A DNA stretch of 64,000 bases, from the NCBI GenBank assembly GCA_002269645.1, contig NIVC01001357.1, positions 62,001 through 126,000 of the forward strand, in the 5' to 3' direction. Each line of letters starts with the position of its first letter. The stretch's first letter is position 1. Positions 11,232 through 25,302 of the stretch are shown one piece after another. The notes beneath the pieces are model-generated. The model did no database searches, was not told the DNA's origin, and saw only the letters and a list, made by a program, of their open reading frames with translations. The stretch is from Macrostomum lignano (lineage: Eukaryota). Both the position numbers and the translations under genes were made by a program.

Positions 11232-14200
11232 CTGTACAATGCGGGGGCGGAGTATTGTAATTGCTACTTACAGTAGCGCTGCCATGATTTCTGAATAAAC
11301 TGCAATCCGATAAAACAGAAAAAGTACACCAAATACAATAAATAAAGGACATATATAATAAGCAATTGGGTGAGGCTTGGTTTCATCTGATGAAGCTTAT
11401 GTTGATTCTGTGAAAATTCTGCTTTGGAAACGAAACAATTCTTCAAAGAAGCAACAACGACATAAGCGGAATTAGGTAGACATTGGCTAAGTAGGTGGTT
11501 GGCTGCGGTAAATAAAGGAGAATCATCACTTTAAGATTCATCACTTTTGCACCCCTGGATCTGCCTCTCGGCCCCACACTCCTTGAGAATCTCTCTCCCT
11601 TGAGGGATTGGGATTCTGGGATTGGGGATTGGGATTCTCGGATTCGGGTTTGGGATTCTGGGATTGGGGATTGGGATTCTCGGATTCGGGTTTGGGATTC
11701 TGGGATTGGGGATTGGGATTCTCGGATTCGGGTTTGGGATTCTCGGATTCGGGATTGGGATTCTCATGTTTCGGATCCGGATTCTCGGATTCGGGTTTGG
11801 GATTCTCAGATTCGGGATTGGGATTCTCAGATTCGGGTTTGGGATTCTCAGATTCGGGATTGGGATTCTCGGATTCGGGATTGGGATTCTCAGATTCGGA
11901 TCCGGATTCTCAGATTCGGGATTGGGATTCTCAGATTCGGGATTGGGATTCTCAGATTCGGGATTGGGATTCTCGGATTCGGGTTTGGGATTCTCAGATT
12001 CGGGATTGGGATTCTCAGATTTGGCATTGGGATTCTCAGATTCGGATCCGGATTCTCAGATTCGGATCCGGATTCTCAGATTCGGGATTGGGATTCTCAT
12101 GTTTCGGATCCGGATTCTCGGATTCGGGTTTGGGATTCTCGGATTCGGGTTTGGGATTCTCAGATTCGGGATTGGGATTCTCAGATTCGGGATTGGGATT
12201 CTCAGATTCGGATCCGGATTCTCAGATTCGGGATTGGGATTCTCAGATTCGGCATTGGGATTCTCAGATTCGGATCCGGATTCTCAGATTCGGGATTGGG
12301 ATTCTCATGTTTCGGATCCGGATTCTCGGATTCGGGATTGGGATTCTCAGATTCGGGATTGGGATTCTCATGTTTCGGATCCGGATTCTCGGATTCGGGT
12401 TTGGGATTCTCGGATTCGGGTTTGGGATTCTGGGATTCGGGATTGGGATTCTCGGATTCGGGTTTGGGATTCTCGGATTCGGGTTTGGGATTCTGGGATT
12501 CGGGATTGGGATTCTCGGATTCGGGTTTGGGATTCTCAGATTCGGGTTTGGAATTCTCAGATTCGGGTTTGGGATTCTCGGATTCGGGATTGGGATTCTC
12601 GGATTCGGGTTTGGGATTCTCAGATTCGGGTTTGGAATTCTCAGATTCGGGTTTGGGATTCTCGGATTCGGGTTTGGGATTCTGGGACTCGGGATTGGGA
12701 TTCTCAGATTCGGGATTGGGATTCTCATGTTTGGGATTGGGATTCTCAGATTTGGGATTGGGATTCTCAGATTTGGGATTGGGATTCTCAGATTTGGGAT
12801 TGGGATTCTCAGATTTGGGATTGGGATTCTCAGATTTGGGATTGGGATTCTCAGATTCGGGATTGGGATTCTCATGTTTGGGATCCGGATTCTTAGATCA
12901 CAAAATCACAAAACATGGGGCAGCTAAATTTACATAAACTTATTAACAATAGGCTAAGCATGCCAAATAAAATATTGCCTTTTTAATTAGCCAATACTTT
13001 AAATAAATCAACAAAAACGCTTTTTATAGCAGCGACTGAAAAATTGAAAAAGCAACTGCCCCAATCCGAGTAACAATACCTAGGCAACGTGAGCAAACCC
13101 AAAAAAGTCTCCGAGATGAAATCAGAGCAAAAAAACAGCCAGTGCTCAGGCCCTTAATCCTACGCATTTTTTTTCATTTCAAGAGTCGGTAGACGGCGGA
13201 ACTCTCGTCAGGCGCGTCGGTCGAACGGCCGCTGCCCCAGTTCCGCCTGCAAGCGACGCGTTGAAAGGAAAAACAATAATAAAAACACCAAGCCTACCGA
13301 TATGTATCGAAAAAACTGTTTCCGTAGCATTTTTTGTTTCAAATTCTAATCAAAGTCTAAGTCTAATAAACCAAAAGTTTCTCCATGTTTCACCTTTTCA
13401 GAAAAAAGCTGGTTTCTTAGAAACTGTAGCGACTTTCTAAGAAAAAGTTATATTTTTAAACACTGTGACTGTGATTCCATTACTCCGGGGAATAACAGCA
13501 AAATGAAATTATTTACAAAATGCCAACTACCTGAAAATAAAAACAATTTTCAACCATCCACGGGAGTGATTCTCAACCATCCACGGGAGTGATTCTCAAC
13601 CATCCACGGGAGTGATTCTCAACCATACACGGGAGTGATTCTCAACCATACACCGGAGTGATTCTCAACCATACACGGGAGTGATTCTCAACCATACACG
13701 GGAGTGATTCTCAACCATACACGGGAGTGATTCTCAACCATACACGGGAGTGATTCTCAACCATACACGGGAGTGATTCTCAACCATACACGGGAGTGAT
13801 TCTCAACCATACACGGGAGTGATTCTCAACCATACACGGGAGTGATTCTCAACCATACACGGGAGTGATTCTCAACCATACGCGGGAGTGATTCTCAACC
13901 ATACACGGGAGTGATTCTCAACCATACACCGGAGTGATTCTCAACCATACACGGGAGTGATTCTCAACCATACACGGGAGTGATTCTCAACCATACACGG
14001 GAGTGAGTCTCAACCATACACGGGAGTGATTCTCAACCATACACGGGAGTGATTCTCAACCATACACGGGAGTGATTCTCAGCCATACACCAGAGTGATT
14101 CTCAACCATACATGGGAGTGATTCTCAACCATACACGGGAGTGATTCTCAACCATACACGGGAGTGATTCTCAACCATACACGGGAGTGATTCTTAACCA

Positions 14201-17200
14201 TACACGGGAGTGATTCTCAACCATACACGGGAGTGATTCTCAACCATACACGGGAGTGATTCTCAACCATACACGGGAGTGATTCTCAGCCATACACCAG
14301 AGTGATTCTCAACCATACATGGGAGTGATTCTCAGCCATACACCAGAGTGATTCTCAACCATACACCAGAGTGATTCTCAGCCATACACCGGAGTGATTC
14401 TCAACCATACACCGGAGTGATTCTCAACCATACACGGGAGTGATTCTCAGCCATACACCGGAGTGATTCTCAACCATACACGGGAGTGATTCTCAAACAT
14501 ACATGGGAGTGATTCTCAACCATACAGCAATTCTCTTTAAACTGTTCAATAATCAGGTGTCAGCATAGAATTAGCCAGTATTCATAGTGTCCAATGGGCA
14601 CCACTTCATTTTAAGTATCTTTTAATACGCTCTGATACAGTGGCTGCATGAGAAACACACTAAAGGCAATGCTTACTTATGACATGCAAAGTTATGCTTA
14701 TTAATTTACTAAAACTACTAAAACGGTGTACCATGCAAATCTACTACGGGATATACACAAAATACCATAAATCTAGGCAAAATATAAATGCCTGTATAAT
14801 GCATCATATACTACTAAGTAGGCAATTAAGTGCATTCGAGTGCATTGCTGTCATCACACGTTCATGCTGCTGTCATTAGCTCGTAGCAATAAAAGACCAC
14901 GCACAAATCTAGCATTCTAGATTGTTGGTAACCATGGATACCGAGGCTTTTAAGAAGTTTTTGTACTTTAGGGACCAATGTTTCACAATGACAACCAACG
15001 GTGAATCTAAGGAAATCCCTGCCGCTAAAGGAATTCTATTCAAGAGATATGTTTGTTGCTATCCAAGGGAAACCCCAGTTTGTAATAGTATAAAAAGTCC
15101 CTGTTGCTAAGAGATAGTAGTATCCAAGGTGAGTTCCTGTTGCTAAGAGATAGTAGTATCCAAGGTGAGTTCCTGTTGCTAAGAGATAGTAGTATCCAAG
15201 GTGAGTTCCTGTTGCTAAGAGAGAGTAGTATCCAAGGTGAGTTCCTGTTGCTAAGAGATAGTAGTATCCAAGGTGAGTTCCTGTTGCTAAGAGATAGTAG
15301 TATCCAAGGTGAGTTCCTGTTGCTAAGAGAGAGTAGTATCCAAGGTGAGTTCCTGTTGCTAAGAGATAGTAGTATCCAAGGTGAGTTCCTGTTGCTAAGA
15401 GATAGTAGTATCCAAGGTGAGTTCCTGTTGCTAAGAGATAGTAGTATCCAAGGTGAGTTCCTGTTGCTAAGAGAGAGTAGTATCCAAGGGAAACTCCTGT
15501 TGCTAAGAGAGAGTAGTATCCAAGGGAAATCTATGTTGCTAAGAGAGAGAATAGTATCCAAAGGAATTTTCTGTCTCTAAGCGATACTGGTATCTAAGGA
15601 AAGCTAAATCCCTGTTGCTAATTGTTATTAGTATTCGAGGGAAATCCCTGTTGCTAAGTAATATTAGTATCCAAGGCAATTCTCTCTTGCTAAGTGATAT
15701 TAGTATCCAAGGGAAATCCTTGTTGCTAAGAGATAGTAGCATCCAAGGGAAATCCCTGTTGCGAATTGATATTATTATCCAAGGGAAATCCTATTTGCTA
15801 AGAGATAGTAGCACCCAAGGGAAATCCCTGTTGCTAAGTGATATTAGTATCCAAGGGAAATCCCTGTTGCTAAGTGATATTAGTATCCAAGGGAAATCCC
15901 TGTTGCTAAGTGATATTAGTATCCAAGGGAAATCCCTGCTGCTAAGTGATGTCAGTATCCAAGGGAAATCCCTGTTGCTGAGAGAGTAGTATCCGAGGTA
16001 AATCCCTGCTGCTAAGTGATATCAGTATCCAAGGGAAATCCCTGCTGCTAAGTGATATCAGTATCCAAGGGAAATCCCTGTTGCAATGCTGCTAAGACAA
16101 TAGGAACGAAATAAATCGGTAGTATGATTGCACCAGTTATTGATGGCATGGGCATGAAACTAAACTACACTACAAAAGCAAAATATTAACAAACTGGCAT
16201 GCCTGCTATGAAACAGAGGGCAAGAATCTCTATATAAAATTTGAGATATACCCATTGGCGAGTGACTGGGCGGGTTCAGCACTAGACGATCTGGCAACAA
16301 AGGTTGCTGGGATTCACTTGTATTAACTGATAACCATTCGTCTGAAATGCAAATAGTTTCATAGAAATACGAGCTGCGCTCAGATTTCAGATTTATCTAA
16401 ATCCCGTTGAGCAATATACACTCCATGATCAATACTCCCTACACACCCATGACCAATGCTCCCTAGACACCCCATGACCAATGCTCCCTACACACCCATG
16501 ACCAATGCTCCCTACACACCCATGACCAATGCTCCCTACACACCCATGACCAATGCTCCCTACACACCCATGACCAATGCTCCCTAGACATCCCATGACC
16601 AATGCTCTCACCACCCTCCCCAAACACGGACGGGCGCTCACCCAGGCCAGTGGGAGTGCCAGGTGCACCCTGGTCAGTCTCCACCCGTTGAACGTCGCCG
16701 CAGTCGGCACCGTTCGTCGCAGTCGCAGCCGATGCCGACGCCTGCACGGCGGACAGCACGGCTAGCACGTCTTCCAGACGCATCTGCGGCCCGCCATCGA
16801 AGGCCAAGCAGGTGACGGTGGTGGCCGGCGCCTGCGTTCCAGACGCACTCGGGCAGAGCAGAAGGCAACGCCCGGCCTCAAGTCCTGGCAGAGGCTGCGG
16901 TGGCAGGCCCGGCAAGAGCAGCTGAGCGGAGCCGGAGCTCATCGTTGTCCAGTGCTGCATGAGCCGCTGCTGGCTGAGCGGGTGAGCGGCTGTAGGCGTG
17001 GTCGGAGGCGCCGGCGACTCTGCTCGGCGCCGCTGCTGCTGCTGCTGATTGGCGCCGCTGCTTTCCTTCCGACAGCGGACCGCAGGCGAGACCGGCGCCG
17101 ACAGAGCCGCTTCGCCGGCGTCCAGAGACAGCAACAGCGGCGAGGATGGCAGGTCAGCAGAGACCGGCGCCACCAGCGATGACGTCACGGTGGCGGTCAC

Positions 17201-20200
17201 GGTGGCGTTCACAGAGGAACTTGAGATGACTGAAATTAATCCGAATGTGGGATCGTTCAAATAAGTTGCTCTTATAGGCACTCAGATCCCACACCGGGAT
17301 AAAATGGGGATCAATGGGAGCTAAGAGTCATTGAAATCCCACATTGGGATAAAATGGGGATCAATGGGAGCCAAGAGTCATTGAAATCCCACAATAGGAT
17401 AAAATGGGGATCAATGGGAGCTAAGAGTCATTGAAATCCCACAATAGGATAAAATGGGGATCAATGAGAGCTAAGAGTCATTGAAATCCCACATTGGGAT
17501 AAAATGGGGATCAATGGGAGCTAAGAGTCATAGAAATCCCACACCGGGATAAAATGGGGATCAATGAGAGCTAAGAGTCAACTAAACCCCACAATAGGAT
17601 AAAATGGGGATCAATGGGAGCTAAGAGTTATTGAAATCCCACATTGGGATAAAATGGGGATCAATGGGAGCTAAGAGCCCCTTAAATACCAAACCAGGAT
17701 AAAATGGGTTCAATGGGAGCTCAGTCACATACAATGATTTTGAATAAATATGAAATCCAACACTCACAAGAATTAGACGCTAAAAAGTCGTACTGAAGCC
17801 CGTTGCCATGGTGCTGCCCGTTCATAATGGCCGACATGGACGCAGACATGGCGGCTGGCAAGCTTTCTACCTGCGGCTGGTAGCCCGGACTGCCCGGCAC
17901 GCCAAAGTAGCCAAAGTTTTGATCAGCGGGCGCCTTTGGCGATTCGTTCAGCGGCTGCTCGCACAGACAGTCGGCCAGTTGCTGTTGCTGCTGCGGCTGC
18001 GAGTCGACCTGGCTGACCTGCCTGGAGACGGCCGCGGACGAAGGAGCCGTGACAGGCGAGGCCTGGCCTTGGCCGCCGCTGCCGCCGCCGCCCGCCTCCT
18101 CCTCCCAGCGCCCGTTGTAGTCGTCTCGCTCCTTGATGACGCGCCGTTTCGCTTCGGCCCATCGGCGCGCCTGCAGGCCGAGCCGAACGATGCAGGTGTC
18201 CAGCTCGCTGTCCTTCTCGGGCTCCGAGTCGCGGATCAGGTCCATGAAGTAGTTCCAGATGCCCGCTAGCACCTGAGCGATATTGTTTCAGATGGGGCTT
18301 GAATGTCTTGCAGTTATTGGATTGGGATAGATTAGCAATCCATTCTATCCCTAATCCACATGGGCTAGATTAGCAATCCATTCTATCCCTAATCCACATG
18401 GGCTAGATTAGCAATCCATTCTATCCATAATCCACATGAGCTAGATTAGCAATCCATTCTATCCATAATCCACATGGGCTAGATTAGCAATCCATTCTAT
18501 CCCTAATCCACATGGGCTAGATTAGCAATCCATTCTATCCCTAATCCACATGGGCTAGATTAGCAATCCATTCTATCCATAACCCACATGAGCTAGATTA
18601 GCAATCCATTCTATCCATAATCCACATGAGCTAGATTAGCAATCCATTCTATCCATAACCCACATGGGCTAGATTAGCAGTCCATTCTATCCCTAATCCA
18701 CATGGGCTAGATTAGCAGTCCATTCTATCCCTAATCCACATGGGCTAGATTAGCAATCCATTCTATCCCTAATCCACATGGGCTAGATTAGCAGTCCATT
18801 CTATCCATAATCCACATGAGCTAGATTAGCAGTCCATTCTATCCATAATCCACATGAGCTATATTATCCCAAGAATATCGCACCTTCTTCCGGTAGTACA
18901 GCAGTTGGTTTCTGACGCTGTTCACCACCTTCTGTCGCAGCCGACGCAGCTGATCGGCGCTGAGCCCCGGCGCGTCCGACTCGGCCAAATCGGCAAACGA
19001 ATTAACGACATTCTCCAAATCCTCATCGATGAAGCAGTCGAGCTGGAATTCGAATCCGACACCGGGCAGGATTCGCATCTGCTGCTGCAGCGCTCGATCG
19101 TTCACCACCAGACGAAAGTCGGCCACGTGATAGTAACGACCGGGATCGCCGACGTACTCGACGTCAGCCGACAAGGCCCGATGCCTGGCCGTCGAAGAAG
19201 TGCCAGATATTTGTTGCTGGGCGGCGGCTACCGTCGGTTGAGTCGGCGACACGGTATCCTCGTCCTGCCAGCGGACTGTCTGGGACAGGCGGACCAACTG
19301 CACCTGAACTGGGATCGGCTTCAGATTGAAGATTTGCAACGAGAGCAGCTCCTCGGAGGTGGGCCGGAAATCCGGCAGCGGATGCGTGCACGTGAAAAAT
19401 ATGTCCCGGATTTCCGGATTCTCCAGCCTGATTTGCAGAGAAGGCGGGTGGGATCGAATGCCTATGGATAATAGATGTTGAATAGATCACGAGACTAGTT
19501 GTCACCTAGACATTCAGCTGTCAACTAGTTGTCAACTAGATGATGACTAGATGCAAACTAGATCTAGATGATGACTAGATGCAAACTAGATCTAGATGAT
19601 GACTAGATGCAAACTAGATCTAGATGATGACTAGATGCAAACTAGATCTAGATGATGACTAGATGCAAACTAGATCTAGATGATGACTAGATGCAAACTA
19701 GATCTAGATGATGACTAGATGCAAACTAGATACTGACTAGATGCAAACTAGATACTGACTAGATGATGACTAGATGCAAACTAGATACTGACTAGATGCA
19801 AACTAGATGATGACTAGATGCAAACTAGATACTGACTAGATGCAAACTAGATACTGACTAGATGCAAACTAGATACTGACTAGATGCAAACTAGATGATG
19901 ACTAGATGATGACTAGATGCAAACTAGATACTGACTAGATGCAAACTAGATGATGACTAGATGCAAACTAGATACTGACTAGATGCAAACTAGATACTGA
20001 CTAGATGCAAACTAGATACTGACTAGATGCAAACTAGATACTGACTAGATGCAAACTAGATACTGACTAGATGATGACTAGATGCAAACTAGATACTGAC
20101 TAGATGATGACTAGATGATGACTAGATGCAAACTAGATACTGACTAGATGCAAACTAGATACTGACTAGATGCAAACTAGATACCGACTAGATGCAAACT

Positions 20201-23200
20201 AGATGATGACTAGATGCAAACTAGTTGCCAATCAATTCTCACCTGTTCAGCACCTGAGGCGGAGTGGTGCTAGCAATCCTTTGCCAGACATCCATAAAGT
20301 TCTGGCACTCCTGATACGGCACACAGTTGGTGACCAGCTCCACCATGAGCAGGCCAAAGGCGAATATGTCGACTTTCTCGTCGTATCGCTCCTGCAGCAT
20401 CTCCGGAGCCATGTAGCCCAGAGTGCCCAGCATGGTCTTGCGGCTCTGAGTCTTGGCAGTGGCCAGGCCGAAGTCGCCAATTTTGATGTTATAATATTCG
20501 TCAGGATTCTCGCCATCGGCTATGAACACGTTCTCCGGCTTGAGGTCGCGGTGGATCACTGGCGGGTTCATTCTGCGATTAAAGGAAATCGGCAAAATAG
20601 TTACAACTCATTAAAAGATATAAAAATATTTACGTGAAACTATTTAAACAAAGACCAGTCCTATATTGGAAAACCCAATATTCGTTTTGTTAATTCATGT
20701 TCAAATAATAAAGACTCTTTCTCCGGGATGAGACGAAGACTGATTCTGAAGTATTAAACAAAAACTTATTGAGAAACATGATGAAACTGACTTATTTAGG
20801 AGCACGATGAAACAAAGACCTATTTAGAAACATTATGAAACAAAGATCCATTTAGAAACACGAGGAAACAAAGATTCATTTAGAAACATGATGAAACAAA
20901 GATCCATTTAGAAACACGATGAGACTTATTTAGAAACACGATGAAACAATGACTCATTTAGAAACATGATGGAACAAAGACTTATTTATAAACACGATGA
21001 AAGACTCATTTAGAAACACGAGGAAACAAAGATTCATTTAGAAACATGATGAAACAAAGACTTATTTAGAAACATGATGAAAGACTTATTTAGAAACACG
21101 AGGAAACAAAGATTCATTTATAAACATAATGAAACAAAGACTTATTTAGAAACACGATGAAAGACTCATTTAGAAACACGATGAAACAAAGACTCATTTA
21201 GAAACACGATTAAACAATGACTCATTTAGAAACATGATGGAACAAAGACTCATTTAGAAACACGAGTAAACAATACTCATTTAGAAACATGATGGAACAA
21301 AGACTCATTTAGAAACACGAGGAAACAATGACTCATTTAGAAACATGATGGAACAAAGACTCATTTAGAAATACTCATGAAGACTCGTTGCTACGGATTA
21401 AACAAAAACTTATTTTTTATTTTACTTGCGCAAATACTGGTGATTTTTTAATAATAGAAATGCAGCATTATTTTGCTAAATAATGCAAATGAAATCAAAT
21501 AAAGCATGTTCAGTTCTAGGAGCTCAAAAATTCCATGAAGTGTAGCATTATTAATGAGCTAGTGAAGCCATGAGCAATGAGCCCAACCAACTAGTCAAGA
21601 AGACAAATAAATGCGCAATAGCAGGGTCAAAGCAACGCTTTGAAACTAACAAAATGGCCTAATAGTGCACAGTTGTAAAAAAACAACGCGCTCTCACAAT
21701 TTCTCGGCTGTAGTCACGCGACTTAGTTTATCTTCTCAATGCCTAAGACTGAGAAGACTGCACTGGTACGGCCTATAATGCAATAATCTATCTAAATATC
21801 TATCCAGTTTGATTTCAAGTGCGCAGTCTAGCTAAAAGAAATTCTTATCAATTATACAGCTAAAGAATTGTCGCCAAGCCCCCCCCCCAGCCCAAGGTGC
21901 AGAGTACAGGGACATGTACAACAGCCCTGGTTTATGTTTCATAACGTGTGTCATGACACACCAACTTTTAATTTTGGCATACTGAAATTTGGACTTTTGA
22001 ATTAAATTTTCATAATTTTATAATTATTGAGGATTCTTGGGATTTCTAGAATTATCTATGATTTTTCAAATTTGGCACCCTGTGTGAGCCGCTTAGGGGT
22101 CCTCCCAGCATTCAAAGGTCATAAACAACGAAATTAAAATATTTCACACACTTCAGTTGACAAACTGTCGATAATACAGAGACAAATAAGGGCAAAGCAA
22201 GTAAGCGGGGTGTTCAAAAGTAGCCTTATCACCATGAAATATTGAAGCAGAAATTTTGCAAATACAGTTTCAACTTAGGCTGGATTATTAGCCAGCGTGT
22301 GAATGTGAATGTGAATATTCGGGTTTTGGTCACCATGGCTTGTACAGATTCACAATTGTGAAGATTTTAAAGCTTTGGTTCCGTGAAGATTCGAGTTAGT
22401 AAGTATTTTTAGTGAAAATTCGGATTCGGGTTGGTGAAAATTTGGGTTGCAGATTCAGGTTGAAGATTCGGGTTGGTGAAGATTCGGGTTGGTGAGAGAT
22501 TCGGGTTGGTGAAGATTCGGGTTGGTGAAAATTTGGGTTGCAGATTCAGGTTGAAGATTCGGGTTGGTGAAGATTCGGGTTGGTGAGAGATTCGGGTTGG
22601 TGAGAGATTCGGGTTGGTGAGAGATTCGGGTTGGTGAAGATTCAGGTTGGTGAAGATTCGGGTTGGTGAAGATTCGGGTTGGTAAAGATTCGGGTTGGTG
22701 AAGATTCGGGTTGGTGAAGATTCGGGTTGCAGATTCAGGTTGAAGATTCGGGTTGGTGAGAGATTCGGGTTGGTGAGAGATTCGGGTTGGTGAAGATTCA
22801 GGTTGGTAAATAATCAGGTTGGTGAAGATTCGGGTTGGTAAATATTCAGTTTAGTGAAGATTCGGGTTGGTGAAGATTCGGGTTGGTGAAGATTCGGGTT
22901 GGTGAAGATTCGGGTTGGTGAAGATTCGGGTTGGTGAAGATTCGGGTTGGTGAAGATTCGGGTTGGTGAAGATTCGGGTTGGTAAAGAGTCGGGTTGGTG
23001 AAGATTCGGGTTAGTGAAGTGAAGATTCGGGCTGGTGAAGATTCAGGTTGGTGAAGATTCAGGTTGGTGAAGATTCAGGTCGGTGAAGATTCGGGTTGGT
23101 GAAGATTCGGGTTGGTGAAGATTCGGGCTGGTGAAGATTCGGGCTGGTGAAGATTCGGGTTGGTAAAGATTCGGGCTGGTGAAGATTCAAGTTAAAGATT

Positions 23201-25255
23201 TGAGTTGGTGAAGATTCAGTTTGATGAAGATTCAGTTTTTGAAGGTTTGTCTGGTGTTTGGTGATGATGAAGGTTAAATTTAAAGTTCAACAAAAGCATC
23301 TAAACCAAACTCACTTGTGATGCATGTGCCTCAGTCCCTCGAGAATCTGCTGCATCCAGGACTGAAACACGCTGAACTCAACCACAGCCTCTCTGGTCTG
23401 CTCATTATAGAAAGTCTTCATCTTCTCCTTGAGCGTGCCCTCGCTCATGAACTCGGTGACAATCACGGTGGCTTTCACTTTCTCGCCTCTCTCGCCGTTC
23501 TCGTCTAGTTCAAAATAGCAGTCGAGCAAGTCATAATAGCGGACTATGTTGGGGTGCTCGCACTTGATCATCATCTCCACCTGCGAGTTGGCGGGTTTGA
23601 GGTTAGCAATTTTTAGGATTGTGATTTTGAAGATTGGGATTCTAGAGATTGTGATTTTAGGGATTGGGATTTAAGGGATTGGGATTCTAGAGATTGTGAT
23701 TTTAGGGATGGGGATTCTAGGGATTCGGATTTTAGGGATTGGGATTTTAGGGATCGGGATTCTAGGGATTGTGATTTTAGGGATGGGGATTCTAGGGATC
23801 GGGATTCTAGGGATTGTGATTTTAGGGATTCGAATTTTAGGAATTCGGATTTTAGGGATTGGGATTCTAGGGATTGGGATTTTAGCGATTGGGATTCTAG
23901 GGATTGGTATTTTAGTGATTGGGATTCTAGGGATTGATATTTTAAGGATTAAGATCTTTAGGAAAGGGATTGTGAAGGATTATTTGTAAAAATTGTAGAG
24001 TCTCACAAAAAAGATAGGATCTCACCTCTTTGCGAACCTGATCCCTCTCGGCCGGTTTGTCCTTCCCAACCTGGTACTTGAGCTCGCACCAGGCTATGGG
24101 CCGGCCCTGCTCCCGATCGTAGCCCCTGTACACTCGTTTGTAGGCGCCTTCGCCGCACTTTAAATTATGCTTAATCCACCGGCCACACGGACTGACCGCG
24201 ATGCCCCGCTGCTTCAGCTGCAGCTCCATCTGGTGCCGGCGCCACATCTGCGCCTCGCGCCGGCGCTGCCTCTCTTTCTGTTTCTCCTCGCGCGACCTGC
24301 TGTGATGCGACTGCTGCTGCTGGGAAGAATTAGTAGACGATTGACGGGACAGCTTGACGTGAGGAGATGGCGGCTGTTGCTGCTGCTGTGGCTGCTGCTG
24401 CACCTGCGACTGAGCAGCCGCAGTTGACGACGCCTCCTCTGACGAAGAAGCAACAACAGCGCCGACGATGGAACCGACAGAGATTGTCGTAGCCGATACA
24501 GCAGGCGACGACGGCGAAGGCGATGTTGAAGCCGAGGCGAAGGTGCGAATCGCCGCAGCAGCAGCAGCAGCCGGCGGCGGCAGCGTCGGCATGGCAGTTG
24601 TTGCCAAGCTGATGTCGCCATTGACAACCAGAACTGGCGGCTCGGCAACCCCGGCAGGCGATACGGAGGGAGCGGCCGGCAACTCAGGGCAGGACTCGTC
24701 CGCCTGCGGCGCCACAACAACGACAACTCCGGTGGTGGGAACTGCTGTAGACGTCGTCGGGTCGCCGTCGTTGTCGTCTTTGCTGTCGACCATCAGCCGC
24801 GGCGGCGCCTCCTTCGAAGACGAACTGGCAGCAGAGTCGGCGGCGTCGGCGCCAGAGCTGCCAGGCGGCGCCATTCGATGCGCTGGCTGCGGCTCCGTCA
24901 GCGACAGCCTTCGGATTCTGCCAAGGAGATGAGGGGAGCGGGAAGGAAATTAGAAATTTCCCAATTTAAAAGTTTAGAGCTGCAAAGGCGAAACACTTGC
25001 GATTGCAGCTCAGCTGTAAGGCGCCCGACTCTCCAATAGCTCAATAACTTTGCGGCCTACCCCCCAAGGCGCAGAGAGTGTACATGCCAGAAAGTCAAGG
25101 CCGCTGTACACCCTGTGTGAGCGCGTGCCTGCGTACATATCTGTGCGTGTCTTCAGGAGTCAGCGGAATGGGCTTGACGACTGACAAACCCACTAACTAA
25201 CTAACTGACTAACTGACTGACTGACTGACTAACTGACTGACTGACTGACTGACTG

Positions 25256-25302
<47 letters not shown>

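Noticed and set aside
11531-12937. Gly/Ser/Asp-rich and IPNPR ORFs of 200-445 aa
   Set aside because: Artefacts of the 21-bp array inside the WNK intron.
13550-14525. Regular arrays (also 17285, 27900, 51895) as possible CRISPR loci
   Set aside because: Units are head-to-tail without unique spacers, there are no cas genes, and the context is eukaryotic introns.
14900-15014. Possible extra WNK exon (ttag|ATTCACCG...)
   Set aside because: Acceptor lies at the edge of a repeat, composition is AT-rich, and its donors would change phase and break the join to the RFxV exon.
23600-23985. Interstitial telomeric repeat
   Set aside because: TTAGGG occurs only as part of 15-bp units, never as tandem (TTAGGG)n.
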